Notes under the pieces: model-generated
Databases searched by the model: none
What the model saw: the letters and a program-made list of their open reading frames with translations, nothing else
Told to the model about the DNA's origin: nothing
Part shown: positions 51,762 through 62,316 of the stretch, piece by piece
Layout of the letters: each line of letters starts with the position of its first letter
Numbering within the stretch: the first letter of the stretch is position 1
From: an uncultured delta proteobacterium
GTDB lineage: Bacteria; Myxococcota; Myxococcia; Myxococcales; Myxococcaceae
Direction: 5' to 3'
Length of the DNA: 64,000 nucleotides
Assembly (NCBI GenBank): GCA_963713045.1
Contig: CAVQKE010000007.1
Coordinates: forward strand, 480,001-544,000
Translations under genes and position numbers: made by a program

Positions 51762-52303
51762 AGAGCGTCCCCTCGTTTGTCGGTTGTCGAAGGCTCGTTG
51801 GGTTCTTTCTCACTTCGTAGTAGTTTTGGCTTTTGGGCAGCCCGGTGTTGGTCGGCTTTTGCAGCGTTCGTACCTCCGCGGCGAGGCGCTTTTAAGCGTC
51901 GCTCCGGATCCCGCCACGATGGCGCAATACGGTTGGGTCCAGGTGTGCGTCAAGCCCGGCCGCCGCTGCCGCGTCGCGGGGAGCCTCGTTGAGAGGCGTG
52001 GTCTCAGGGCCCAGGGCATGTAGCCGATGAAGGAAGACTGCCCGGGCACCCTCTCGGAACGGACCACGCCAAGCAGTGCAGCCATCTGCGAACTGACCAC
52101 TAGGAGCTCGCCCCGCCTCTATCGGTAGGCCTGGCGTCGACGTATACGCGTGGTGAGCGCGGGCGCCTCGGACCCTGGCACCACCCCGTCTCGGTCGGGT
52201 AGCCTGCTGGACGACAACAAGCGTCACTCTCCACAGCTAGACCGACCAAACCCGAGCCCCGGCCCAACACCCGCAGCAGCCGGCGCCAAGTGGGGATGTC
52301 CCC

Positions 52304-55300
52304 ATGTGGATCGTTCGACTCGCCCTCCGGCGTCCCTACACCTTCGTGGTGCTGGCGATGCTGATTGTCCTGATGGGCGTCGTCACCATCCGCCGGATGC
52401 CGACGGATATTTATCCCGAGATTGACATCCCAGTCGTCGCCGCCGTCTGGGCCTATACCGGCCTGCCGCCCGAGGAAATGGAAGGGCGCATCACATCGAT
52501 GTTCGAGCGCGCCGCCACCACGACGGTCAATGGCATCGAACACATCGAGAGCCAGACGCTTGCTGGTGTGGGGGTGATTAAAGTCTTCATGCAACCAGGC
52601 GTTTCGATGGCGGACGCTGTAGCTCAAGTCGGCGCCATCTCAGAGCCAATCCTCAAGCAACTGCCACTCGGTACCACGCCGCCCCTCATCATCCAATACA
52701 GCGCCTCGAACGTACCAATCCTGCAGCTGGGCCTTTCTAGTGCGAGTCTCGACGAGCAGCAGATCCTCGACCTGGGGACGAATTTTCTACGCCCGGGGTT
52801 GGTGACCGTCCGCGGCGCGCAGATGCCGCTGCCTGTCGGCGGCAAGTTCCGGCAAATTATGGTCGACCTCGACCCTCAGAAGCTCTTCGCGTGGGGCATT
52901 TCTCCATCATCGGTCTCGAGTTTACTCGCTCAGCAAAACGTCGTCTTGCCGAGCGGGACGGCCAAGATTGGTCTCCAGGAGTACCCCATCATCTTCAATG
53001 GAAGCCCGCCAAGTGCTGCCGGCTTCAATGATCTCCCCCTCAAGTATGTGAATGGGACGATGATCTACGTGCGCGACGTCGCCCACGTCCGCGACGGCTT
53101 CGCCCCTCAGACCAGCGTGGTCACGATCGACGGTACTCGGGGCGCGCTGCTCCCCATCCTCAAGTCTCAGGGAGCCAGCACGCTCGACGTGGTGTCCGGC
53201 GTTCGTTCAACGTTGCCCGCCGTCCAGGCCACGTTGCCTCCACAGCTGGAGATTCACCCGCTGTTCGACCAATCCGTCTTCGTCAAGGGCGCGATTCAGG
53301 GGGTGCTCCGCGAAGCCATCATCGCCGCCGGGCTCACTGGCCTGATGATGCTCCTCTTTCTGGGGAGTTGGCGAAGTACGCTCATTGTCCTCATCTCCAT
53401 CCCCCTCTCGCTGCTGGTCTCAGTAATTTTACTCAACCAGCTGGGACAAACCCTTAATCTCATGACCCTGGGCGGGATGGCACTCGCGGTGGGAATCCTG
53501 GTCGACGACGCGACGGTGGAAGTTGAGAACTTCCAAAGACAGCACGCAATGGGGAAGCCGGTCATCAAAGCCATCCTCGATGGCGCAGCGGAGATTGCGG
53601 TCCCCGCCTTCGTGTCCACGTTGTGCATCTGCATCGTCTTCGTTCCGGTGACCCTGATTAGCGGAGTGGCCAAATTCCTCTTTATCCCGCTGGCCATGGC
53701 CGTCGTCTTCGCAATGCTCACGTCGTACTTCCTTTCGCGGACGCTGGTTCCCACCTTGGAGCACTACCTCCTGGGCAGAGAACCACCCGGTGGGACCAGC
53801 GCGTCCGGGCCCATCGGGTGGCTCCACAAACGCATCGACCGGGGCTTCGAAAACCTGAGGGATGTGTACGCGCGAGGACTAGAGGCTGCGATTCACCACC
53901 GCAAAATCTTCCTGGCCGGGTTCCTTCTCTTCGTCGCCGCGTCGCTCGGTCTGGTGCCGCTCCTGGGCACCGATTTCTTCCCTAGCGTCGACGCCGGTGA
54001 GTTCCGGCTCCACGTGCGTGCGCCCCCCGGAACCCGCATCGAGGAGACCGAACGACTCTTTGCCGATGTCGAGGCCCACGTGCGGAAGGTTATCCCGGCC
54101 GATGAAATCGACGTGGTGATCAACGACATCGGTGTACCGGTGAGCGGCATTAACCTTGTCCTCGGCGACCCGTCGATGATTTCCAGCGCAGACGGAGAGA
54201 TGCTGGTCTCTCTGAAGCCGAACCACGCGCCCACCGACCGCTACGTCGCGGCTCTCCGTCGCGACCTCCGCCAGACGTTCCCGAATTCGACGTTCTTCTT
54301 CCTGGCAGCTGACATCTCGACGCAAATACTGAACTTCGGCCTCTCGGCACCTCTGGACGTCCGCATCGTCGGGCCAGCTGGAAATCAAACGGCCAACCTC
54401 GCCATTGCGCGGGAGCTTGCACAAGAGATGAGCCAAATTCCCGGGGCGGTGGACGTACACTTGGCCCAGGTGCCCGAGACGCCCGAACTGTTTCTCGACG
54501 TGAAACGTTCTCAGGCGACACAACTCGGGCTGAGCATGAACAGCATCGCTTCGGATGTCCTGGTGTCCCTGTCATCGAGCGGGCAAACGGCGCCAGCCTA
54601 CTGGATGGATCCGAAGACTCGCGTCCAGTATGCGGTGGCCGTGCAGACGCCGCAGTTTCGTATCGATTCAATCGCCGCACTCACTGAAACGCCGGTCGCG
54701 CCCGCCTCTGGCGGCGCCCCTACTCCACAACTTCTTGAGAATGTGGCGAGCGTCACGCCGGTGGTTGGCCCGACGAACGTGACGCATTACAACATCGCAC
54801 GGTCTATTGATGTGCAGAGCAACGTGTCTGGCACCGACCTCGGATCGGTCGCGCGCGCCGTGCGAAAGCTGATTGACCGCAGACGCCCCAGTTTGCCGCG
54901 CGGAACGACGGTCCTACTCACCGGGCAGCCCCAGGCCATGAACGCGTCTTTCCTTGGCTTGGGAACGGGAATCCTGTTCGCGGTCGTGCTGGTTTATTTA
55001 CTACTGACAGTCAATTTCCAAAGCTGGCTCGAGCCCTTCATCATCCTGATGGCCCTCCCTGGGACGGTCGCCGGGGTCGCGTGGGGGCTCTTTCTGACTG
55101 GGTCAACGCTGAGCATTCCTGCGCTGATGGGGACGCTGATGAGCATCGGGGTGGCCAGCGCAAACAGCATCCTGGTCGTGACGTTCGCAACAGAGCGGCT
55201 TGCTGCCGGTGACGAGAGGATTCAAGCTGCTCTCGACGCCGGACGCACCAGGCTTCGGCCGGTCATCATGACCGCGACAGCGATGATCCTCGGTATGCTA

Positions 55301-55498
55301 CCGATGTCGCTTGGCCTCGGCGACGGCGGCGAGCAGAACGCGCCGCTTGGCCGCGCGGTGATTGGCGGTCTCTTGCTGGCAACCGTGTCCACGCTCTTCT
55401 TCGTGCCAGTGGTGTTTAGTAAGATTGGACGTCGGCGGGCGACCGACGTCATCCTCGACGAGAGCGACGGGAGTGCTCGTGACCAACACGGCACCTAG
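52304..55498 (+). CDS. RND efflux permease (AcrB family)
   Basis: 1064 aa; ALRRP, AVGILVDDATV, RLRPVIMT and PLGRAVIGGL motifs. Confidence 0.95.
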   Translation: MWIVRLALRRPYTFVVLAMLIVLMGVVTIRRMPTDIYPEIDIPVVAAVWAYTGLPPEEMEGRITSMFERAATTTVNGIEHIESQTLAGVGVIKVFMQPGVSMADAVAQVGAISEPILKQLPLGTTPPLIIQYSASNVPILQLGLSSASLDEQQILDLGTNFLRPGLVTVRGAQMPLPVGGKFRQIMVDLDPQKLFAWGISPSSVSSLLAQQNVVLPSGTAKIGLQEYPIIFNGSPPSAAGFNDLPLKYVNGTMIYVRDVAHVRDGFAPQTSVVTIDGTRGALLPILKSQGASTLDVVSGVRSTLPAVQATLPPQLEIHPLFDQSVFVKGAIQGVLREAIIAAGLTGLMMLLFLGSWRSTLIVLISIPLSLLVSVILLNQLGQTLNLMTLGGMALAVGILVDDATVEVENFQRQHAMGKPVIKAILDGAAEIAVPAFVSTLCICIVFVPVTLISGVAKFLFIPLAMAVVFAMLTSYFLSRTLVPTLEHYLLGREPPGGTSASGPIGWLHKRIDRGFENLRDVYARGLEAAIHHRKIFLAGFLLFVAASLGLVPLLGTDFFPSVDAGEFRLHVRAPPGTRIEETERLFADVEAHVRKVIPADEIDVVINDIGVPVSGINLVLGDPSMISSADGEMLVSLKPNHAPTDRYVAALRRDLRQTFPNSTFFFLAADISTQILNFGLSAPLDVRIVGPAGNQTANLAIARELAQEMSQIPGAVDVHLAQVPETPELFLDVKRSQATQLGLSMNSIASDVLVSLSSSGQTAPAYWMDPKTRVQYAVAVQTPQFRIDSIAALTETPVAPASGGAPTPQLLENVASVTPVVGPTNVTHYNIARSIDVQSNVSGTDLGSVARAVRKLIDRRRPSLPRGTTVLLTGQPQAMNASFLGLGTGILFAVVLVYLLLTVNFQSWLEPFIILMALPGTVAGVAWGLFLTGSTLSIPALMGTLMSIGVASANSILVVTFATERLAAGDERIQAALDAGRTRLRPVIMTATAMILGMLPMSLGLGDGGEQNAPLGRAVIGGLLLATVSTLFFVPVVFSKIGRRRATDVILDESDGSARDQHGT

Positions 55499-56708
55499 CC
55501 CGTCACCCGTCCGACGCAAGGGCTTGTTGATGCTGGCGGGGGCGCTGGCGGCACTCCTCATCGCCTTTCTGGTCGGATATCTCCCTCGCAGGCATTCGTG
55601 GTCTCAGGCGGTAGCCGCGGCGCAGCTTGAGCAGCAGCCTCTCCGGCTTTCGGTGGTGACGGCGGAGGCAGTTGACGCTGGACGAGACCTCAGCTTGCCC
55701 GGAACGCTTGTCGCCAACCAACGGACATTCATCTATCCGCGCGCGACGGGCTACGTGCGCCGCTGGGTGGCAGACATTGGAGACCGTGTTCCTGCCGGAG
55801 GCTTACTCCTCGAACTGGATACGCCTGACCTTGACCAGCAGCTTGCCAGCGCCCGAGCGACGCTCCAGCACACCATCGCAGCCCTGGCTCAGGCTGTCGC
55901 CAACCGGGATTACGCGCTCCTGACCTACGATCGAATGCACATCCTGGCTTCCGAGAAGCTCATTGCCCAACAAGACGAAGACCAGGCCCGCAGCAATGAA
56001 TTGGTCCAGGAAGCCATCGTGCAGGCGGCCAAGGCCGATATCCAGGCACAGCGAGAAGTTGTTCGCGAGCTCGAAGTCCTGGTGGGCTTCAAGCGAGTGG
56101 TTGCTCCCTTTGGTGGCATTATCACTCAGCGTCTCGTCGATGTTGGGACTCTGGTGGTTGCAGGGACCGGAACGACCGCCGTCGTAAACGCGGCGCCGGG
56201 TAGCACGCCGTCAGCGCTCTACGAGATAGAGGCGACGGATCCGATTCGCGTCTTTGTGGAAGTCCCCCAACCGTTCACCCCCATGCTGCGGGTGGGCCAA
56301 GGCGCCACCCTCGCGCTGCGGCAGTTTCCGGGACGCTTCTTCACCGGCAGGGTTACGCGAACCGCAGGTGCGCTCGATTCAGCGACGAGGACGATGAGAA
56401 CGCAAATCGACATTTCGAATGACGCCGGAACGCTGTTGGCGGGAATGTATGGCGAGGTCACAATGCCAGTCGCCATCGCCCACGCGACGGTCCGCGTTCC
56501 TGAGAGCGCCTTGCTCGAGGATGCTCGAGGGATTCACGTCGCCGTGATTGATTCGAGCTCACATGCGCACCTGGTTGCGGTTCAACCAGGACGCGACTTC
56601 GGGGCCGAAATTGAGCTGGTCGATGGTCTCCAGGGCGGCGAACGCATTGTCGTGACCCCTCCGGCCAACATCGCCGACGGCCAGCTTATCGAAGTCGTGA
56701 GCCACTGA
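55479..56708 (+). CDS. RND periplasmic adaptor (membrane fusion protein)
   Basis: N-terminal TM helix; RATGYV, DIGDRV, APFGGIITQR, TRTM and LLAGMYG motifs. Confidence 0.9.
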   Translation: MTNTAPSPSPVRRKGLLMLAGALAALLIAFLVGYLPRRHSWSQAVAAAQLEQQPLRLSVVTAEAVDAGRDLSLPGTLVANQRTFIYPRATGYVRRWVADIGDRVPAGGLLLELDTPDLDQQLASARATLQHTIAALAQAVANRDYALLTYDRMHILASEKLIAQQDEDQARSNELVQEAIVQAAKADIQAQREVVRELEVLVGFKRVVAPFGGIITQRLVDVGTLVVAGTGTTAVVNAAPGSTPSALYEIEATDPIRVFVEVPQPFTPMLRVGQGATLALRQFPGRFFTGRVTRTAGALDSATRTMRTQIDISNDAGTLLAGMYGEVTMPVAIAHATVRVPESALLEDARGIHVAVIDSSSHAHLVAVQPGRDFGAEIELVDGLQGGERIVVTPPANIADGQLIEVVSH

Positions 56709-56824
56709 GAGGGGTCCGTCTGGATACCTGTCCGGGCAACACTCGGAAAATCTCTGGCGCCTTCGCAAAGCGCCGGAAGAACTCTCCGGATACGCCCCTC
56801 CGTTTTCGGTCGCGACGGCAGGCG

Positions 56825-57121
56825 TCATCCGGCTCCGATTTTTCCGAGCCCGACGCCGATGGCGAACACGATGGCTCCGCCGATGATGACCTGGACGACG
56901 GTGCTCGCAAGCCTGCCACCCATGAAGCGGTAGCGGATGAAGGCAATCGTCAAAAGTTCTGCGACCACCACGCCGTACGCGAGCTTCAAGGCGATATCCA
57001 GGTGCGGGACCAGAAAGGGAAACGTATGCAGCATGCCTCCGAGTCCCGTGGCGATGCCCGTAATCGAGCCACGTCGGAGAGGGCTGCCGCGACCCGTGAC
57101 CGTCCCATCGTCGGACAGGGC
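56825..57121 (-). pseudogene. C-terminal VIT1/CCC1 fragment of an MbfA-like iron exporter
   Basis: [38 protein letters not shown] and QVIIGG motifs; N-terminal part missing. Confidence 0.72.
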
Positions 57122-57194
57122 TCCGGTCCTTCGCAGACGCAGTACGTACCCCGAGGGACACAACCCCCTTCAGTTAGACCGACAGGCGCGACCG

Positions 57195-57755
57195 CTACGG
57201 TAATGCGCTGACATCACCGCCGGCTTGCGTGTAATCCAGCTGGTAAAGCGATTGGGTTTCGTTTCGACTCTGGCTCAGCACCCGAATATTCGGGTCGCGG
57301 GGAATGAGACAATTCACCAGGTAGGCGGATATTGCTCTCTGATGATGGTTTTCGATAGCAAGGGTCCGTACAGGTCCACCCCGCGACAATTCCACGTTGA
57401 ACTCAATATCAATGACGCCGAGCCCTTCCTTCATCTCCTCTGGTGCCGGAAACGTCCACGAAATAAGCGTGGGCTCAGTACTTTGTCCGTCAACTGTGAT
57501 CGACAAATCGCGAAGCACCAGCTCTACGTAGGTCCGCTGTTCGGCCTCGGAGATAATGCCGTCCCGGTTGGTGTCGATGCTCGCGAGCACGATGGATGAA
57601 ACCGCGACACCCGGGACGAGACGCATGTTCGCATGAACATGGTCCTTCTCCACCGAGAGGAGGGTCGCTTGCAGGTACTCGTCGAGACGATGAGCGAAGG
57701 CGGCGCCTCCCGGCAACAGGAGGATGCCAGTCGCCACAATGAATTTCGTTTTCAT
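57195..57755 (-). CDS. Secreted hypothetical protein with predicted N-terminal His and EF-hand-like loop
   Basis: Signal peptide [24 protein letters not shown] loop; ATGA overlap with the upstream gene. Confidence 0.75.
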   Translation of the reverse strand: MKTKFIVATGILLLPGGAAFAHRLDEYLQATLLSVEKDHVHANMRLVPGVAVSSIVLASIDTNRDGIISEAEQRTYVELVLRDLSITVDGQSTEPTLISWTFPAPEEMKEGLGVIDIEFNVELSRGGPVRTLAIENHHQRAISAYLVNCLIPRDPNIRVLSQSRNETQSLYQLDYTQAGGDVSALP

Positions 57756-58792
57756 TTCGTCCCAGGCCCCCGCCCGTAGTCATTCGTCGGGTCGCGGTAC
57801 ATTGTGTGGACATGCATCGAAGGGTCGCCGCCCAGACGCTGGGGTGCGTACTCGATAACCAGGTGCGGCCCCTGGATCCGATAGTACGCGGTGATGTTCT
57901 GACCCGGATTAGCGGTTGCCGGACCGCTCCAAGCGAACCAGGTCTCGTCGATATCGGCCTTTAGTTCCGCAAGCCGGGCCGCGGCCGCACCTTCGTGAAT
58001 GATGCTCGTCCATTCCGAGATGAGGTCGAGCAGCATCGCGCGTTGTTGCTCGTTCATCGCGGACGCTTTCAACCCTTCGGGTTGGATGGTCTTCCCGTCC
58101 TGCCCGGGGCCGAGCACCAGGTCGGCCAACCGGAAGCTCAGAATCGTTTGCTTCCGCTGACTGACGTCGAGGGCAGTCAGCAGGGCCAGAGCCTTGTCGC
58201 TTTCTTGGCCGAGAGGGCGAATGGTCTTCCCGTTGCTGGTGTAGAGGGCTGGCTGAGCGCCGATCAGAGACGGCGTAAGCAGGCCACGTTCGCCGGCGAT
58301 GGTGATGTTGAGGGCGAGATGGTGTCCTCCAAACTGCAACATCCATGGCGTCCTTTCCGAGGGCGTTCCTAGAATTGAGATGTAGTACAAGTCCTTCCCG
58401 AAAATCGGGTTGTTTCCTCCAGCAATCTTAAGAATCTCGTCGCCCTCCATGATTTCCTGGACCTTCTCGAAGCCTCTTCGGCTGAGCGCGGACGAAACGA
58501 GAGCTAGAGCAGCAGAACGCTGAGCATCATTGAGCTCCTTGAGGCTGACGCCGGCCCGGGGCACCATCGAAAGCGGCAAATTTGACCAGCGTGCTCGCTG
58601 CGTCTCGTCGTCAAACGGAAAGAGCACGCTCTGTCGTTGCTGCGCATCGAGGGTTGAAAGGAAGGCATTTGCCGCGCTCACTATCTGTGCGGTCGCGGTC
58701 GACGCCGCACCGGCCGTGAACGGCGCAGACATCAGAGTCAAGATGCCGATGCACTGAACCTTCTTCATCAAAAGTACATTCATCTTCCTCAC
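57752..58792 (-). CDS. DUF3500-like secreted protein
   Basis: Signal peptide; WSNLP, FGGHHLALN, YYRIQGP and HVHTMYRDPTNDYG motifs. Confidence 0.82.
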   Translation of the reverse strand: MRKMNVLLMKKVQCIGILTLMSAPFTAGAASTATAQIVSAANAFLSTLDAQQRQSVLFPFDDETQRARWSNLPLSMVPRAGVSLKELNDAQRSAALALVSSALSRRGFEKVQEIMEGDEILKIAGGNNPIFGKDLYYISILGTPSERTPWMLQFGGHHLALNITIAGERGLLTPSLIGAQPALYTSNGKTIRPLGQESDKALALLTALDVSQRKQTILSFRLADLVLGPGQDGKTIQPEGLKASAMNEQQRAMLLDLISEWTSIIHEGAAAARLAELKADIDETWFAWSGPATANPGQNITAYYRIQGPHLVIEYAPQRLGGDPSMHVHTMYRDPTNDYGRGPGTK

Positions 58793-58950
58793 CTATCCTC
58801 CGCTTCCCACATCTTGTCGGAAGTCACCATTAGATTGACCGAACGACGATCGGGATTGCGTCAGCGTGTTAAATCGCGCAACGTGCATTCTGGCGGTCCG
58901 GGGTCGCTGCCCCGCGGCGGCCGCCTTCAACCCACCTTCCGAGGTCCGCG

Positions 58951-59799
58951 ATGCGAAGACGGCTCTTGCTCCTAGCGGTTCTGCTCCCTGCGATAACGCA
59001 CGCCCAGACGACCGACAGGACGCTTCAGCGTATCCGCGATAGTAAGACGATCACCATCGCCTACCGCACCGACGCCCTTCCCTTTTCCTTCGAGAACGGC
59101 GGGCAGCCCGCGGGGTACACGGTCGAGCTGTGCAAGCGCGTCGTCACCAGCTTGGAGCAACAGCTCAAGGTCCAGCCGCTCTCCGTGAAGTGGGTTCCGG
59201 CCAACGTCCAGACCCGACTCGACCTCGTCAGCAAGGGCCAGGTGGACCTGGAATGCGGGACCACCACCGCTACGCTCTCGCGCATGGGTCAGGTGGACTT
59301 CTCCAATCCAGTCTGGGTCGACGCGACTGGGCTGCTCGTCCGGAAGTCTGCAGGGGCGCATAGCCTTGGGGGCCTTGCTGGCAAGAGCATCGCGGTGGTG
59401 GTCGAGACCCCGAACGAGCGGGCGCTACAGGACGCGCTGAAGAAGGGGCTCGTGAACGCCAAGGTCGTGCCGGTGAAGACATACGATGAGGCGATCTCGC
59501 TTCTCGAAAGTGGAAGCGTCGACGCGCTGGCGGCGGGCAAAATGATGCTGGCAGGGATGGCAAGCAAGCTGAAGGACCTCCCGGCCTACGAGTTGCTGGA
59601 CGATGACATCGGCTACGTGCCCTACGCCATCGTCCTGCCGCTCGGGGCAAGCGGGCTCCGTCAGGCAGTGAACCGGGCCCTCTCGCAAATCTACGCCAGC
59701 GATGCCATCGTCGAGATTTTTCGCGGCACCTTCGGCCCAACCGCCAAACCTAGCCTGCCGCTGGTCATCATGTACCGTCTCAACACTTATCCAGAGTGA
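58951..59799 (+). CDS. Polar amino acid ABC transporter substrate-binding protein (GltI-like)
   Basis: Signal peptide; PFSF, GYTVELC, VDLECGTTT.T.SR and VDFS motifs. Confidence 0.88.
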   Translation: MRRRLLLLAVLLPAITHAQTTDRTLQRIRDSKTITIAYRTDALPFSFENGGQPAGYTVELCKRVVTSLEQQLKVQPLSVKWVPANVQTRLDLVSKGQVDLECGTTTATLSRMGQVDFSNPVWVDATGLLVRKSAGAHSLGGLAGKSIAVVVETPNERALQDALKKGLVNAKVVPVKTYDEAISLLESGSVDALAAGKMMLAGMASKLKDLPAYELLDDDIGYVPYAIVLPLGASGLRQAVNRALSQIYASDAIVEIFRGTFGPTAKPSLPLVIMYRLNTYPE

Positions 59800-59914
59800 T
59801 GGACCGCGCTGGCATTAAAACGTCCGCGTCACTACGGAATTTTTCACCGCCCGTGCGCCGGCAGCACAGAGGCCTGGTAGCCATGTCCATCGTCCTCTAG
59901 CGGTTGCAGCGCCG

Positions 59915-60283
59915 TAAGGTTTCCGCTGGATTACGTCGATGGTGCCGCGGAGCTTTGAGTCGTCCGGCGGGAGAAAGTCAAACGGCGCCATCTGCAGCAG
60001 AGACGCATCCAACTCGGCCCGGAGCGCGTGCCGGCGAAGCCTCCGAGGGCCGAACTCCAGCAGTGCTCCAAGATGTCCGCATCGAGCCGCTGGGCGCCAG
60101 CGGCAAACTCATCACGCACCGACGCGGCAACCGCGACGCAACTCGGGCCATCCGATAAACGGCGGCCCAGCACATCAGCGTGGAAAACGTTTGTGGTTGC
60201 CAGACGGTCCGAAGCTCCCAGATTCCGGCGTCCGGGGTTCCGAGGATTCCCATCGCCTCGCTCCCGGCGCCGCGCGCCCACAC
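59915..60283 (-). pseudogene. Frameshifted internal fragment of a glycoside hydrolase family 15 (trehalase/glucoamylase-like) gene
   Basis: Across three frames: PDAGIWELR...TFSTLMCWAA, ADILEHCWS..LGGF and LDASLLQM..FDFLPPDD.KLRGT. Confidence 0.8.
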
Positions 60284-60416
60284 CAGCCGATGCCGCTCCC
60301 TCTGGAATTCTGGTGGGCCGCGGAATTGGGTAAAGTGAAACGTGCCAAAGCTGTCAAGCGCTCACCTCGAACCTTGGTCCTCATCGCGTCTCGGCAGAGT
60401 ACGATGAGGAATCGGC

Positions 60417-61634
60417 TCAAGCGGACCGATCGAGCAGAGGAGCCGCTCCGCGCTTCATGCTGATTGCAGACGCGACCAGTTCAGCCAAAGCTGTCGACCG
60501 GCCCAGGACTAGGTCGGCGACGGCGAGCGCCGCCACCAATCCGAGCGTGAAGAGGTTGTCGCCAAATCCTGCGGCCACGAGCACTGGAGATTGCCGACGA
60601 CGGCGGCCGATGATGGGCAGCCCGTCCGGAGAGCGCATCACCATCGTGGACCCGCTGTCGACGACGTCCAGCTCGGTTCTTCCCATTCGGCTCAATGCGT
60701 ACTCGAGCAACGGTACCGCGCCGTCGCCGTCTGCATCCGAGGCGAAAACCAGGGTCTTGATGCCACCGTGCGTGGCCGGACGCATTTGGTGCGCTGGCAA
60801 GGCCGAATCCCAGAATACGGCTGGCGGGAATTTGTCGTCTCGAAGGATTTCAAGGTAATGCCTGGGGTGCTCGGCCAGACCCCCGAGGAACGGGAATTTG
60901 AGGAAGGGCTGCTGAGCGGCGAGGAATACGTTCCTCGCCCTCAGCTCCGAGTCGGACCTGGTCCGCACGACGCAGGGCTCGCCTTCGATGAGGCTCTCGA
61001 CTCGGTCCTTTGGGAGAATCAGCACACCAGCCGCGCGAGCCAGCCGCCGAAGTCCGCTGAGGAAGAACGTTGGCGCGAACTGGGCCTGTCCTGGAAATCG
61101 AACAGCCCCCGCGATGCCGAACGCCATTGGAATGGTTCGCGAGACCTCCGTCTTTATCCCAGCCGCTCTCGCTGCGTCGCATTCGTCGCGAAGCGCACGC
61201 AGGCCCTCTTCCCGCTCCGAAAAGAGGTACCCCGGAATGCGCTGGTACCCGCAGCCGCCCATCGCACGACCAAGCTCACGAACCGTATCGATGACGACCC
61301 GCGTCGAGGAGGCAAGAGTGCGCGCTGCCTCAAGGCCCTGCTGACCGATTACCGAGGCGTAGCCAAGCCCTAGCCGCTGGGTCAACAACCCCACTGCGGT
61401 TGATGGGCCCAGCCCATCCACAGGGCTAGGCAGGACAATCACCTTTTTCCCGGCCCGGGCTAGCAGCAGAGCCGCCGTCAGACCTGAGATTCCAGCCCCG
61501 CTCACCAGGACGTCGGTCTCGAGGGCTCGCTGCTGCACCGGCGGTCGCCCAGGAGGCGTCACTACACGAAGCGGCCCAACACGGGACACCCGAGAACTCA
61601 GCTCTGAGAACTCGCACGCTGTCGCAACTGGCAT
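60417..61634 (-). CDS. DAO-family FAD-dependent oxidoreductase, diverged (start uncertain)
   Basis: DVLVSGAGISGLTAA, QAQFAP, SPDGLPIIG and GFG motifs. Confidence 0.7.
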   Translation of the reverse strand: MPVATACEFSELSSRVSRVGPLRVVTPPGRPPVQQRALETDVLVSGAGISGLTAALLLARAGKKVIVLPSPVDGLGPSTAVGLLTQRLGLGYASVIGQQGLEAARTLASSTRVVIDTVRELGRAMGGCGYQRIPGYLFSEREEGLRALRDECDAARAAGIKTEVSRTIPMAFGIAGAVRFPGQAQFAPTFFLSGLRRLARAAGVLILPKDRVESLIEGEPCVVRTRSDSELRARNVFLAAQQPFLKFPFLGGLAEHPRHYLEILRDDKFPPAVFWDSALPAHQMRPATHGGIKTLVFASDADGDGAVPLLEYALSRMGRTELDVVDSGSTMVMRSPDGLPIIGRRRRQSPVLVAAGFGDNLFTLGLVAALAVADLVLGRSTALAELVASAISMKRGAAPLLDRSA

Positions 61635-61903
61635 GACCCGTCCTCCGGCAGCGACTGCATCTGCAGGGTAGGGACTATTCGAGGCCGCCGCATAAGAGGC
61701 GTCTTGCCACAAGACGGAACGAGTGTGACAGAACGCCACGCGTCGTCTGACCACTCGGCGCGCTCAGGGCTCGCTTTGTATGGGCATACTTCTCGCAGCG
61801 AGGGTGAGCCATGCCCAACCGAGCGAAGCCCACAGATACGCGGAAGATTCCAGCGCGCCGAAAGACGGCCACGCCATCCCGCCGTCACAGCGCGGGTGCG
61901 GCC

Positions 61904-62191
61904 ATGGAGTCGACCCGCGGTACGTCCGACGAGCTCCTCGCGACGCTTGTTCGCAGCGAATCTGAAGCCCTGGAGTTGCTGAGGCGTTTACTTTCTGAGC
62001 GCTCAGCCGATGCGTTTCGTCCGGGTCTCCTACGGTGTCTGCGATTTCATGAGTCCGCGCTACTCCAGCTCGAGTCGCTGCGTGATGAGGAGCCGGACGT
62101 CGTAGAGGCCACCCCGTTGGGCGGGATGGCCATCGTTCAGGTGCCGAGGGAGGTCATCCTCGTGACCGATGAGGACATCATCGCGGAGTGA
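61904..62191 (+). CDS. Small hypothetical helical protein
   Basis: Protein-like composition from ATG 61904 onward; acidic tail; no family recognised. Confidence 0.4.
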   Translation: MESTRGTSDELLATLVRSESEALELLRRLLSERSADAFRPGLLRCLRFHESALLQLESLRDEEPDVVEATPLGGMAIVQVPREVILVTDEDIIAE

Positions 62192-62316
62192 ACTGGACCT
62201 GGCCACATCGAGCCCTCTCTGCGGAAGACACCACGCTGACCCGTCTTTTAGTGCCCATCGGTGTCGCACAAATGGCCCACCGGCTTGCGGCTGCGCAGGA
62301 CTGCGGCACAGCTGCC

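Noticed and set aside
51762..52303. Possible decayed gene upstream of the RND permease
   Set aside because: Similarity too faint to name a family
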